A stretch of 63,549 bases of DNA, filler included, from Welwitschia mirabilis (GCA_051453625.1; 6 parts of one record of this genome joined end to end with filler, not necessarily neighbours in it), one strand, 5' to 3'; shown: positions 27,390 through 40,386, counted from the whole stretch's first letter. Numbers and translations are program-made. Notes: generated by a model not told the origin, from the letters alone.

Positions 27390-30300
27390 AAAGGGGATTC
27401 ACCCCTACTCTAAGATTCTTCTTGAAGAATAGAAATTTATCTTCACTTAAGCTTTTAGTCATGATATCGGCAATTTGTCTATCACTTGAGATATATTCGA
27501 GTGTGATGTTGTTATTTTGAACATGTTCACGAATGAAATGATGTCGAATGTCTATATGTTTGGTTCGAGAATGTTGAACTAGATTTTTTTGTGATGTTTA
27601 TTGCACTGGTGTCTCACAATAAATTTTGAGGTTGTCAAGGTTGATACCAAAATCAATCATCATTTGTTTCATCCAAAGGAGCTGAGTATAACAAGCTCCT
27701 GCAGCAATATATTCAGCTTTAGCAGTGGATAGAGATGTGGTAGTTTGCTTTCTATTTAACCAAGAAACTAAGCAATTTCCCATATAGAAGCAAGCACCAC
27801 TGGTGCTTTTCCTATCATCAACACACCTTGCCCACTCCTTCTTTCCTAGTTCACTCTTGCTTTTGATCCACCTTCTTTCCTTGTTCATCCTTGCTTATTT
27901 TTACACCTGTTGACATTGGAGTTTTAGCATCTTTTGAGTCAGTCATGTTGTATTTAACTAAGATGTCTTGAATATACTTTGATTGGCAAACAAAAATTCC
28001 ATCCTTTCCTTATTTTATTTGAAGTCCTATAAAGAATTTTAACTCTCCAACTAAGCTCATTTTGAATCCATTTTGCATGAGATCAACCAATTCTAGAGCA
28101 CGAGAGTTCTTAGTGGACCCAAACACAATGTCGTCTACATAGATCTGAGCAATTAGAATGTTTTCTCCATTGTTTTTGATAAAGAATGTTGGATCAGCAT
28201 TCCCCTTTTTAAAACCATTTGCTAAGAAAAACGAGTTTAATCTATCAAACTATGCCTTAGGCGCTTGTTTCAACCCATACAATGCTTTGTTCAATTTATA
28301 CACATGATTGGGAAATTTGGAATTAATAAAGGCTGGAGGTTGAGGAACACACACTTCCTCATTTATGAATCCATTCAAAAAGGCACGCTTAGCATCTATT
28401 TGAAACAATTTTATTTTGTGAAAACAAAGAAAAGCAAGTAACATACGGATAGCTTCTAACCTGGCAATTGGAACAAAGATCTCACCATAATCAATTCCTT
28501 CTTACTGGTAATAACTTTGGGCCACAAATCTTGCCTTGTTCTAAATAATGTTTGGTTTTCACCTTTCTGGTTTTTGTAGAGCCATTTTGTTCCTATGACA
28601 TGTTTTCTATGAGGTTGATGTACCAAGTTCCAAACGTTGTTACACTCAAATTGATTGAGCTCTCCTTTTGCATGGCTAGCATCCATGATTCATCATTTTC
28701 TACTTCCTGAAAAGTTTTTGGCTTAATGTCAAACAAAAAACAAAGCGGACTATGATTGATATACTTACCCCTTCTTGTAGTAGTTCCTACTAAAGGATTA
28801 CTTAAAATGTTGTTTTCAGGATAATCCCTTTTGGTTCTTAAAGGAAGTGAAAAACACTTATGAAGATCTTTGTCTTTGATGACTTCATTTGGGGTAGTGG
28901 TAGTCATTTCAACACTAGCTCGTGATAAGGATGGAATGCATATGTTGTCATCATTTCTTTTTGTTCCTACATTGCTTAAGTTAGATTCATCAATTCGAAC
29001 ATGAATTGTTTCTTCAACTTTATGAGAATTTTCATTGAATGCTCTATACACTTTACTTCTTGTAGAATAGCCAAGAAAAATACCATCATCAGATTTAGAT
29101 TCAAATTTTCCTATATGACCTTTAACCTTGAGAATAGAGCATTTACTTCCAAAGACTTTAAAATAGTTTACATTCCGTTTCTTACTAAACCAGAGTTCAT
29201 AAGCAATCTTTCGTACTTGATCTTAAGAACACTCTATTACTTACATAGTAAGCCATGTTCACTACTTCAGCTCAAAAGTGTTGAGGAAGACCATACTAGT
29301 TTAGCATAGTTCTTGCCATCTCAATAAGAACTCTGTTTTTGTGTTCAGCAACTCCATTTTGTTATGGAGCTCGTGGAGCAGAAAATTGATGTTGAATTCC
29401 ATTGGAATCACAAAATCTCTCAAATTTCTTATTTTCAAATTCACCTTCATGGTTTGATCAAATTCTTTTTATGATGCACCCTTTTTTTCATTTTGAATTC
29501 TCCTGCATACTTTAATAAATAAATCAAATGTCTCATCCTTACTAGACAGGAACAAGACACAACAGAAATGAGAAAAATCATCAACTATAACAAAAAAATA
29601 TTTCTTACCTCCTAAGCTTCTTGATTGGGTTTGCCCAACCAAATCCATATGAATAAGATCAAGAGGTTGGTTCGAAGATATACCTGTCTTAGACTTGAAA
29701 CTGGACTTTGTAAGCTTANNNNNNNNNNNNNNNNNNNNNNNNNNNNNNNNNNNNNNNNNNNNNNNNNNNNNNNNNNNNNNNNNNNNNNNNNNNNNNNNNN
29801 NNNNNNNNNNNNNNNNNNNNNNNNNNNNNNNNNNNNNNNNNNNNNNNNNNNNNNNNNNNNNNNNNNNNNNNNNNNNNNNNNNNNNNNNNNNNNNNNNNNN
29901 NNNNNNNNNNNNNNNNNNNNNNNNNNNNNNNNNNNNNNNNNNNNNNNNNNNNNNNNNNNNNNNNNNNNNNNNNNNNNNNNNNNNNNNNNNNNNNNNNNNN
30001 NNNNNNNNNNNNNNNNNNNNNNNNNNNNNNNNNNNNNNNNNNNNNNNNNNNNNNNNNNNNNNNNNNNNNNNNNNNNNNNNNNNNNNNNNNNNNNNNNNNN
30101 NNNNNNNNNNNNNNNNNNNNNNNNNNNNNNNNNNNNNNNNNNNNNNNNNNNNNNNNNNNNNNNNNNNNNNNNNNNNNNNNNNNNNNNNNNNNNNNNNNNN
30201 NNNNNNNNNNNNNNNNNNNNNNNNNNNNNNNNNNNNNNNNNNNNNNNNNNNNNNNNNNNNNNNNNNNNNNNNNNNNNNNNNNNNNNNNNNNNNNNNNNNN

Positions 30301-32690
30301 NNNNNNNNNNNNNNNNNNNNNNNNNNNNNNNNNNNNNNNNNNNNNNNNNNNNNNNNNNNNNNNNNNNNNNNNNNNNNNNNNNNNNNNNNNNNNNNNNNNN
30401 NNNNNNNNNNNNNNNNNNNNNNNNNNNNNNNNNNNNNNNNNNNNNNNNNNNNNNNNNNNNNNNNNNNNNNNNNNNNNNNNNNNNNNNNNNNNNNNNNNNN
30501 NNNNNNNNNNNNNNNNNNNNNNNNNNNNNNNNNNNNNNNNNNNNNNNNNNNNTGTTGGCTGCAAGTTCAGTTTTGGGATTCCAACCACTATATTATTTGA
30601 GGATATTGTCTTCAGATCTTTTAGATTCATCTAAGCAAGTCTTTGGTGCCAAATGCTCACATCATCTTCTTGCACAATAAAACAACCTTCTTCGTTCTTG
30701 TCCTGGCTGCCAAGTATATACATACACTTGGATTTGTTGCTAGTTAACAGAACATTGTTAGTACATGCATTTCTAATCACACGTTTAACTTTATAAAAGA
30801 AAACTACGTTACCTCTATAACAAATCTGTAAGACACTTAAAAGATTGTATTTGATACCATTCACCAAATAGAAATTATGATTTCAGGATAATAATTATTT
30901 GCAGCAATAGATCCCTTACCAACAATGTGTCCTCTGTTGTAGTCACCAAAGGTCACTTCTCCTCTACCATAATCTTGGAAGGTAGCTAATAGGCTCTTGT
31001 CACTAGTCATACGTCGCGAACTTCTGCTATCCAAGTACCACTTTGTCATTTCTTGGACTTTAAAGTTAGCATGGGCAAAGAGAGATTTTTGTAACTTCCT
31101 TTCTCACCCATTGCCAATTGCTTTTTTGAGCTTTGGATTTTGTAGCTACAAATTGATTTTTCTTCTAAAGGCTAAAGTTATAATTATACCCAGAATACTG
31201 AGATATTTTGTAAGGACAAGTAAACTAAATATGACCGTATTCTTGACAAAAGTAGCATTTTAAACTAGTGCTTCTAAATGAACAATACTTAACACTTGTG
31301 CTAAAGAAATTTTGAGAGGGTGACATACCGAAAGTAGTTCCAATTCCAGATTTATTATTTGGTCTCCTTCCCATTCCCAAGAGGCAATTTAGATTCTCCT
31401 TTCCTCTTGCAAGACGTTCAACCATGTTGTTGGCTTGATCCAGATCTTTGATTAAAGCTTCTATCTTTTGAGAGGCCTCTTTGAGTTTGTCTTCTAAATC
31501 ATTGACCTTTTTTTTAGATGCAGATTGTTCTTTTCAAGTTCTAGACTAACACAATACAATTTCTCATATGCAAGTGTTATATCGTCATCATCGCTTTCAT
31601 AATCATTCAACTCATTTATATTAATAGAAGTATCAAAATCAATTGATTCACTTACTTCTTCTATTACTGAGATTAGCCCAAAGTTTATGCACCCTTTGTC
31701 ATCACTTGATTGAGAATTTGCCTCATCATCCCAAGTAGCTTTCAAGGCTTTCTTTCCTTTGATTTTTCTCGGCTCATCCTTCCTTCTGTTGGCACACTCA
31801 GAAGCAACATGACCATAACCTTTACATTCATAACATTGAATAGAACAAGAGAGGTTCTTACCATTATCCATACCTCATTTGAATGATTGCCTTGATGATC
31901 TTCCTCCCTTTTTCCTGAGAAATTTCTTGAAGTTCTTCGCTAAAAGAGCAAGGTCATCATCTTCCAAATCCTCACTAGATTGGTTGTCATCTTCATTATC
32001 AGAATGGGCTTTTAGAGCAATATTTCTTTTCTTTTGTTGATCTTCTTTTGTTAGCAAGGATGTTTCATATGCCATGAGATATCCTTTCAGTTCTTCAACC
32101 TTGATTCTATCAATACCCTTGCTTTCCTCAATGGCGGTGATCTTAGGTCTAAGCTTCTTTGTAAGACTTTAGAGGATTTTCCTCACAACTCTGTTCTGAG
32201 GCATAGCTTCACCTAACCCCCACATGTTGTTCACTGTATCATTTATCTTGGAGGTGTAACCTACCACTATTTCTGAGTCTTCCATTCTGATGTTTTCGAA
32301 CTAAGTTGCAAGCATTTTTAGTTTTGCATTCTTTACCACGTTAGTTCCTTCGTGAGCGACCCTTAAGGTCTCCCAGATCTCCTAAGTTGTTGTGCATTGA
32401 ACCACTCAATTGTACTCTTCTAGAGACAAGGAACATATCAAAGCATTCATGGCCTTGGCATTCATTTGTGCAGCCCTTTTATTATCCTAATCCCACTCAC
32501 TTCTGGGCTTAGGAATAGTTTTACCACTGACTACTTTGTTAGGTGCAAAACATTCGAATTCGACCATTTCCCGGATCTCATAATCTAAGGACTGTAAAAC
32601 AATGGCCATTTTTGTCTTCCAATATGCATAGTTTGATCCTAAAAATAGGGCGGTCTAGAGATAGATTGTTCTTCCGTGAAGCTTGAAGAT
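27390..32690 (-). pseudogene. Copia gag-pol polyprotein, disrupted
   Basis: ORF-track fragments 31875-32075, 31494-31871, 30861-31049, 28593-29051, 28250-28444 and 27598-27888 fall in GAG-PR-INT-RT-RH order with many stops and frameshifts. Confidence 0.9.
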
Positions 32691-32754
32691 TGCGATAACT
32701 TGAAATGATAGGAAGAAAAAACCTAATCTAGAGCAACCAGGTTCTAATGCCAAT

Positions 32755-33785
32755 TGTTAGGATCAAAAACACCCTAGAAGGGGGTGAATAGGGTTTTTAA
32801 TTTAATTATGAAAACTGAAAACAGTCAATTACACATAACTCTGAAAAATAACTCATAAGAAAAGATGCATCAGATTTTATAGTGGTTCGGCTCTTCCAGC
32901 CTACTCCACTCACAGGAGGCAGCACAAAGCCTTTAGTCTCCTCATTCCCTTAAATCAAAGCTATTTCTTTCAATACAACAACCCTCTAAACTAGGGTTCA
33001 GTAATCACAATTCTTGCTCCTCCAAAGCATCACAAGAGAAGAAAGAAGAAAGGTCTTATGTTGATTAAGCCTTAAAGCACAAATCATCAACAAGGAGTAT
33101 AGCAACAATAATTCAGATTTGCTCAGATTAGCCCACTTGTACAGTCTAGAGAAAGAGAGCCTTTTCCCCAAATGATTATCAAATTGTCACAATTCAGATT
33201 AGTGTATCAATCGTTTCAAGTACAATATTTATATGATTTACATTGAAGGGATCAAAAGCAACCCTAGACAAGGTCATTTCTTGATTTGAGTACCATTAGG
33301 AACCTTTTCTTAGTTGTTCTAGACTTTGTAACAGCGCCCACATTCATCCGAGTACGCTTTCCGTAGCAACGGTTAACTACTCGGACATCCCACTTGGAAA
33401 ATCCGAACGTCCCAGTTTTTAAATTTGCTATCACAGAAAACTAGGATAGCGGTTGGACGTCCCAGTTTTGATGCTTGGACTTCCTAGTGCATTTTGCCCA
33501 AAACAGGTTCTGACATCCCCGATTTGCAGGGCGGATGTCCTGGTTTGCAGGGCAGACATCCTAGTATGTTTTATCTAAACGCCTCTCAGACGTCCCATAA
33601 AGAAAAAACGGACGTCCAAGTACTTTTGGCAGTATAGAAGGACGGACATCCCAATACATCTTGATTTGATCTGATATTTGACTTCATTCTTTTCACAGCT
33701 ATAATCATAGTCTGGGATTTGAGATTTAAACTTTGGATAGTTAGTTTTGCTCCATTGATCATCATTGAAATATATCTTACTAACA
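32755..33785 (-). repeat. 5' LTR (1031 bp) with internal GGACRTCC motif array
   Basis: tgttaggatc...tcttactaaca termini; about ten ggacatcc/ggacgtcc-like motifs at 33382-33652. Confidence 0.88.
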
Positions 33786-33799
33786 ATTGCCTCCTCAAA

Positions 33800-34715
33800 A
33801 ATTCTTTAAATAAAATTGCTTTTTTCCATCTATGTTTTCCCACGTCATTTGAAATTATTGCTATTTTATAATTGTTAGAATTGTTTAGGATCATAATGAA
33901 AAATTTGTTCTTAAATGTTTCACTTTTTAAGCCAAATCTTTCCTTGATAAAATGAACCTCCTTCTTAAGTTACATGGAACACATCTTTAGCAAATTTATC
34001 AATAGTAAAAATTAAGGGATTATGAACATAGGCCACAAACTAACAAATAGCTTCCATCTCCAAAGGCATCAATTTAGCTTCAACAAGTATAACATCATAC
34101 CATGTTTAATGTTTTACATTAAATTATTCTAGTAAGAACTATTTTTGAACTTTCTATTTTCCTTTAGTGTTTATCTACCAAGCTAGGGCTTTAAACAACA
34201 TGACCATATAGACTTATTGGTTGAATACTAGTTTGAAAAACTTTTGTGAACAGCCCAATACAAAATTGCCTCTTTGTTACATTTGTTTTTCTTTAAAAAA
34301 TAAGGCTTTCTTGCCTCTAATAACCCTTTCAGCAATGCACTTATCCTATCTATGATTGTTAGAGCATTCCAATCCTAAGTATTTATAGCATGAAACAATC
34401 TAAACCTATTTATTTCCTATTTGAAAAGGAAAATTAGTATCACATGTGTCACAAACCATAACTTTGATTTTTTTAACATTAATCTTCCTTCCAGTCTAAT
34501 GGTGAAATTTGTCCAAAATATCTAGCATATGTTGTAAACCTTGTGTTGTTTTAGAAATTAATGTAACATCATCAACAGAGAGTAAGAGATTTACAAGGTA
34601 GTTTCCTATTTGTATAAAATGATTAGGATAGAGTTCATTTATCCAAGCCTCAAATCCATAAATAAAAATTCCAAAAACTGTAGTAAGTGAGAGGACAACT
34701 TTGCTTAACACTAAT
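33800..34715 (-). mobile_element. 5'-truncated non-LTR retrotransposon (LINE) RT fragment, non-L1-like
   Basis: LSLTTVFGIFIYGFEAW...IQIGNYLVNLLLSVDDVTLISKTTQGLQHMLDILDKF, then INVKKIKV and YKYLGLE, correspond to LINE RT motifs (PLSPTLF..FID; LLYADD; GLQ..LD.L; YKYLG). Confidence 0.8.
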
Positions 34716-34719
34716 AGAA

Positions 34720-35747
34720 CTATGAGACATCATGCATTAGATAAATTCTTCCGTGTGACTCATCATCATAATTTGATGTTGCGTCTTACTCATCCAAATC
34801 ATCATCCAAGTTGTCATGACTGGCTTCTTTTTGTTTCTCTTTTGACCATTTCCTCTTTTGTTGTTAGGACACTTATTAGCCATATGACGACATCACTTAC
34901 AAGCATAGCATTGTATTTCTTTCTTTTTGTCACTTGACTTCCTTGCTTTTGTGTTTCGTTTTTTACCACCTCTATTAGATTCATCATTCTTTCTTCTGCA
35001 TGGAATTTTCTTAAATGTTTTAGCCAAATGAGCCAATTCATCATTGTTCATAATGCTTTTAGATTGATCACTCTCTTTACATCTTTCATCCATTTTAAGC
35101 CTAAAGCTTTCTTCTTAACCTTAGAAAATTGTAACTCAAAGGTTTGTAGATTTCCTTGAAGCATATCAATCCTCATCTTGGACAAATGCTTAGTTATTTT
35201 CTTTCTTTAATGATTATCACTTTTGGATCAAATCTTCTTGGAAGAGACCTTACAATTTTCTAACCAACCTTGACGCTTCCCTTTTTTTAGCAAAACCTTG
35301 CATTGAATGGACAATATTTTTCAATTTTGCGAGAATTTCTTGGAGGGTCTCATCCTCATCCATTTTAAGATATGACCATCTGCAATTTCGCTTGCCTTAC
35401 AAAGGATGTTCCTTGATATTTCATCTCCAAGATATTCCAAACTTCTTTGATTGTTGTTCAATGGACTACTTTCTTGAATTCATATCTACTAATTGCACCA
35501 AAGATAGCGTTCTAAACATGATAATTAAGGTTAGCAACACTTTTATCTTATGCATTGGATTTATTATTAGGTTTAAAGTAGGAAACGTATTTCCGGCTGC
35601 ATCAATAGTCTTACAAGTAGGTAGAAAGATTCATTGATCACAATATCTTAGATATCTATGTCTAAGAGAAGTGCAAAATATCCTCGCTCTAGCCTTTCAA
35701 TATCCGAATTTGTTCCAACATACAACGAAGTCCTAAAACAAAGAATC
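34720..35747 (-). mobile_element. Degenerate copia gag remnant
   Basis: The minus strand reads GY*KARA..., KIVRSLPRRFDPK, GNLQTFELQF, DELAHLAKTFKK and KEIQCYACK, similar to gag at 55567-56650. Confidence 0.8.
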
Positions 35748-37862
35748 TATTAATGCAAATTCCCTTCCCCAAGCTTGGAAAGGCAACAGTGTCCACTTTC
35801 CAAGGTCCTAGACTTGTTTTAGAGGTAACTAGAAATTAGGTACTTGATGTGATTTCCCTCAGGTACAGAGTAACTAGCAAACAGGGTTAGAGCATGGGCT
35901 AGGCTTACTGGGTGAATCCCCAAAGATGCTAAGGTAAGTAAAAAAAAGAAAACAAGGATAAAAGGTAAAGGATGCAAAGGACTTCCTAAAGAAGGAGGAG
36001 TTGTTCCAAGATGCCGGGTGAAGGGTATGGAATAGATCTAGGTTTGGGATTAGAAGTTCCTGTTGGATCTCTTTCCAAGACTATTTCTAAGCAGGCGCGC
36101 TCTTCCAAGAAGAATAAGAAAGTGTATACCAAAAAGGTAAGTCTTCCTCAGTCAATTGTCAAGGTCTNNNNNNNNNNCACTCACTCTCTCCCTCACTCTC
36201 ACACTCTCACACACACAAAAAATATGGGGGTTTCCTAAGTGAAGGTCCCTTGGTGTTCTCTATTGTGCCTACAGAGAGTAAGTAATAAAGTAACAAGAAA
36301 AAGGAGCTCTTTTTTAATTAAATCTCTAAAAGAACTTTTCTCTCCCTGAAAATGGAGAGCAAAAGAGCATAAATAGGCCTCTCCTAGAGGAAGAGGAGGT
36401 AAGGATAGTTACATCGCAGAAATAGATAACAGGGAACAGTGGATCAAAAAAACTTTACAAGAGCATAGAAATCATCAAAGATGTGTAGTTGGCAATGACA
36501 TCTTTTGTCGTCTTCACAAGTCTTCTTTGCAAATGAAGAAGAATCATCAGCTAGCTACGAGTTAGGAAGAGAGGTGAAACTGAGATCACTATATGGTATA
36601 GGTGAAGAAGGGCTTTAGTGTCAAATATAACTTTACACTAGAGGAGGATGAGGGTAAGATTAGAAAAGAGCATAAAGAGAGCTTCCCAAACACAAAGGCC
36701 TAGAAGCGAGAGAGAAAGGGAAAGACTATCTCTTAGATGGGAGACAGAGAAGAGAGAGTAATGTGGAGGAATGAGAAATGTTTATGATGATAGAAGGGAA
36801 TGGGCCCAAACAGTGCCTCATTGTTGTTTGATGTTCCTCATCATCCTTGAGCTAGTTGTATTTCGTAATTGAGATAATGCTTGGAAGTCTGATAGAGCGT
36901 CGACAGGTAGTTGACAGATCCCTAATGGTGTCAGAGAGGATCACTCCACCAGAACAGTAGTCACCTCACTGGGCATCAGGCCAGTACTCCCCCAATCATG
37001 TAGAGTCATGACCAGGCTCACTTGACTCTAGCTTTCCCTAAAGATTTGATGCAACCGTACAAAGGGAAAGAGGGGGCTGGGTGAGGAGAAAGCAAAAAAG
37101 GTAAGGGGGAAAGAGAGGAAAGGATGAAAAAGTAAAAAGGGGAGGGAAGGATAGGTGGCTTTGAGCTTTGGAGACAAACTGGAGTTGGTCATCAGAAGTT
37201 GATGGCTTAAAGTTGAGGGCGAAGCCATCATCTGATTCTTCTTCTTTGTGAGCTGGCCAAGGCTGGGGCTATATGGTTCGGGGTGAGAAGGACGAAACTT
37301 AGAGCAGGGATCTTGTGACATAGAACATTGTATTGAGAAACCTAAGGGGGTGAAGAAAAGGAGGTGAATGAGTTAATAAGAAGTAGAAAAGGAGGAATGA
37401 AAGTGAGTTCAAGGTGCAATCCCAGATGGGAGAGGTAGCTAGAGGATGTCTTCTTGTTGAGTAATGAGGCCAGAGACCTAGACTAAAGGTGGATCTTGAA
37501 GCAGAAGAACGTCCAAATAAGTTCCAGATTTGACCCCTGAGGCTAGTCTAGAGACTAGAGCTAGGCGAGAGAAGGGAGGTAGAAGGCTAAACAAAAGTTA
37601 GATTCCATGCCTTAAGTGTGGAATTCCGTGGATTCCACATCCTAGGCACGAAATCTAATTGGATTCCTCACCTTAGGCATAGAGAGGTGTGGAATTCAGT
37701 TGTTGAAGGGGAAAAGAAGAAGAAGAAAAGAGAATAGAGAGGAAGAGAAAAGAGAGAAAGAAAGGACAGAGGGAAGAAAGAGAGAGGAGTGGAGCAAGAT
37801 AGAGAAAGCTATCCCCCCAACATCTAGGGGTCCAGTTGGTGTTTAACACTGGCCCACCAACA
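35748..37862 (-). mobile_element. Probable solo LTR (~2.1 kb) of the Tat gypsy family
   Basis: Inverted homologue of 50084-53263 at both ends (tattaatgcaaattcccttcccc versus rc of ggaaagagaatttgtatcaaca; ...ggcccaccaaca versus rc of tgttggacgcc). No PBS or PPT adjacent. Flanks agaatc/ggcatc are an imperfect TSD candidate. Confidence 0.7.
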
Positions 37863-38328
37863 GGCATCTGTGTAAGAGGAAAGAAGATGAATTGAGAGAT
37901 TAAAATGTCAAGGATATTAATGATGTAATAAAAATAAGTTCATGGCTTAACTAAAGTAATTCCAACTTTACGTTGGATGTGAAAGTACAAAAGTTGGGAG
38001 CCCACTACACACCTTTCTAGGTAAGATTTCTCGCTTTTCATGCAAACCCTAACCTTCTTTTATAAAAAGCAGGGCCCAACTACTCATTTTACACCTACTA
38101 GCTATTATGTTTCCTTGAATTTTGTGTAAGTTTGTAAAATTTTGAGCATGTGATTACCAATTGGCTAGCCAATCCTCCAAGATCACCTTGAAGATTGAAT
38201 CCTTCCCAAGGAGTACAAAAGGAAACCAAGGAACTCCTTCCTCAAAGGTAAGTTCTCACTTCCATCTTGATTTCTTCTTTTAGAGTAGTTCTCCTTAGGT
38301 TTTTTGCATCGTAAACCTTTCCCTTGAA

Positions 38329-40107
38329 ATGGAGTCATGTTGTTCTTCAAACCCTGCCAATATGACTCCCACTGTTGCTCACCTATATCAGTGGGTTACA
38401 AAGTGTACTAACAGGAAGAAGGAAAGGAGAAAATATGGTACTGTGGCTCACTACTCCCTTCTTCAGTGTCTTGAAGAGGATAAAGCAGTGGCTAAGAACG
38501 TATAAGACGTTGGGCCATATGAGTTGGCAACCTTCCCAGTCTTCAGGCCAGCTTAAGCTCCAGTGGAACATATCATCTCCCACTAAGACTTGGTAGAAAG
38601 GAAGAGTTGATTCCCCTTTGTTTACATTCCTGGCTTGCTGAATCTGACTCACATCCGGGGCCCTATGTTCATGGATGATATTGGCCAAATGGTCTATCTT
38701 CCCTTCAAGAATTAGTTGGATGTTTAGATAATTCGGGGAACTACCTCAAAGAGCCTTCCAAACTTGCTAGAAAAATGGAGGTTAGAAGTCTCCGCCAAAG
38801 GGAACAAGAGTGAGAAGGGAATCCTAGTCTACCTCCTTTGAGAGCAAGTTAGATCCATGTGCCTTTTTGCTTGTTCCAAACTCATCCTCTTTGACAAGAG
38901 GATGCACATCCCTCAGGTGTTCTTTGAGGCCGTGTGAAGTTGTAGAACAAGGGACCAAGTACACCGGACAGAAATAGTAAAAGAGAAGGTGTGTGCAAAT
39001 CTAACCCACTGCCAAAAGAATAAAAAGATGAGGTGTGTGGTTGCATTCTACGCCTAGGCCATGAGAGTCTGGTCTAGGAGTAGACTGATACTGGAGAATG
39101 TCATCTCTCTCCCTAAGGGTGGGGAAGCCACTTTGAGCTCCCATTCCTTCCTTGGCACTAGTCTCTACTATAAAGGAGTCAAGCTAGAGAAGTTACACAT
39201 CTCACCGAAGGATCAGAAGGAGAAGCGGAACTCCTTCATAGATGAAATAGAAACTTATGTTGTAAACTTTATGTCGAAGAGTAAAGGCTTTTCTTCCGCC
39301 ATAGCTCCATTAGCAAAGAACAGGAAGGAGAAGTCCAGCGATGTCCTTTGCTGGACAGTGAAGAAGTAGCAATACTAAAGGAGATGTTTGGTAGATTCAC
39401 CTTTCTCTTTTTTCTTCTATTGCATCTTTCCTATCCTCCTTTTGTAAGATACCTTTCGTTTCTATAAGGGAAGAGGAGCTAGTATCATTGCATAGGAGAA
39501 GGTCTTTCACTCTAACCGGGGGTTCTAGCTCAGGAAGTAAAAGAAAGACTATACTTTCAGAAGAACACGATCCCATCTAAGACATGGGGCCTTCTCTTTG
39601 TAAGTGAATGATACCTTTGTCCTTCCATTTTTGCATCTTCTAGTCAGTCTCTAATGGCAATCACTTCTTGCCTTCTTTCAGGAAGAGACTAGTCTCCACC
39701 TAACTGGGAGGAGGAGTTTTCCTCTAAGGTGGCTAGATATATAGTGACAAGGCTATCCTATCTGAAGAGGCAATATTACAATAACAAGAGCCATGACATG
39801 GAGGAATCTTAGGCTAGGGAAGTTGAGCCTCAGTGTCAGGCAGGGAAGATTGAAAGAAGGGCTGCAGCAATAGAAGAGGAGGCCTCCAAATCCAAACAAA
39901 AACTTGCTAGATTAAAGGTAGAGCTAGGAAAGAACCGTGAAATAGCAAAGAGCTTACACAAACTACTATAAAAGCAGGTGGAGAAGAAATGAATCCTAGC
40001 AGAGCTTCTACGGGTGACAATCCCCCCCCTCCTCCTCCAGAGAGTTTAGAAGACTGCTGGGTGGCAATGAGGATGATGCCTCCCAAAATTCTGACGATAG
40101 CTCCTAA
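38329..40107 (+). pseudogene. Decayed ORF of unknown function, probably a retrotransposon accessory ORF
   Basis: Codon-like sequence with many stops (YELATFPVFRPA..VEHIISH; TEIVKEKVCANLTHCQKNKKMRC; coiled-coil-like AAAIEEEASKSKQKLARLKVELGK). It lies between Tat LTR pieces. The family is not confidently recognised. Confidence 0.35.
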
Positions 40108-40386
40108 ATCTTCTCTTGTTGTACTGCTTATCTGAATTCCTTATTTGTTGTAGTCTTCTAGGTTCAACTTGGAAGTTTTAATCAACATACTCCTGCCTTT
40201 ATGTAATAGCTACTTTTTCTCTTTAATAGAAAATTTTTTGTTCTTTTGGAAACTCTATGCTTCTGGCTTTTATTAGCTCTACTAACTATCTTGTACTAAT
40301 TCTACTACTGAACAAAACTTTAAAAAAAAGAACTAAAATGATTAACCTACTATGTACAAGGTATTCAGAAAGAGAAAGGAACTTTA

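Larger units (their letters stand above)
25622..33785 (-). mobile_element. Ty1/copia SIRE (Sirevirus/Maximus) element with env-like extra ORF; defective
   Basis: 5' LTR 32755-33785 (TG...CA), degenerate PBS at 32741-32752, gag with two CCHC knuckles (CYECKGYGHVASEC; CYFCQEYGHI), protease (WYLDSRSSRRMT), integrase, RT (NHVYKLNKALYGLKQAP; IYVDDIVFGST), RNase H (RKSTSGACF...AEYIAAG), extra ORF, PPT at 25733-25745, and a partial 3' LTR at 25622-25731. Confidence 0.93.

Noticed and set aside
29625-30680. Long ORFs of 200-350 aa in the ORF track (also 57559-58341 and 59213-59649)
   Set aside because: Mostly X; they are open only because they cross N gaps.
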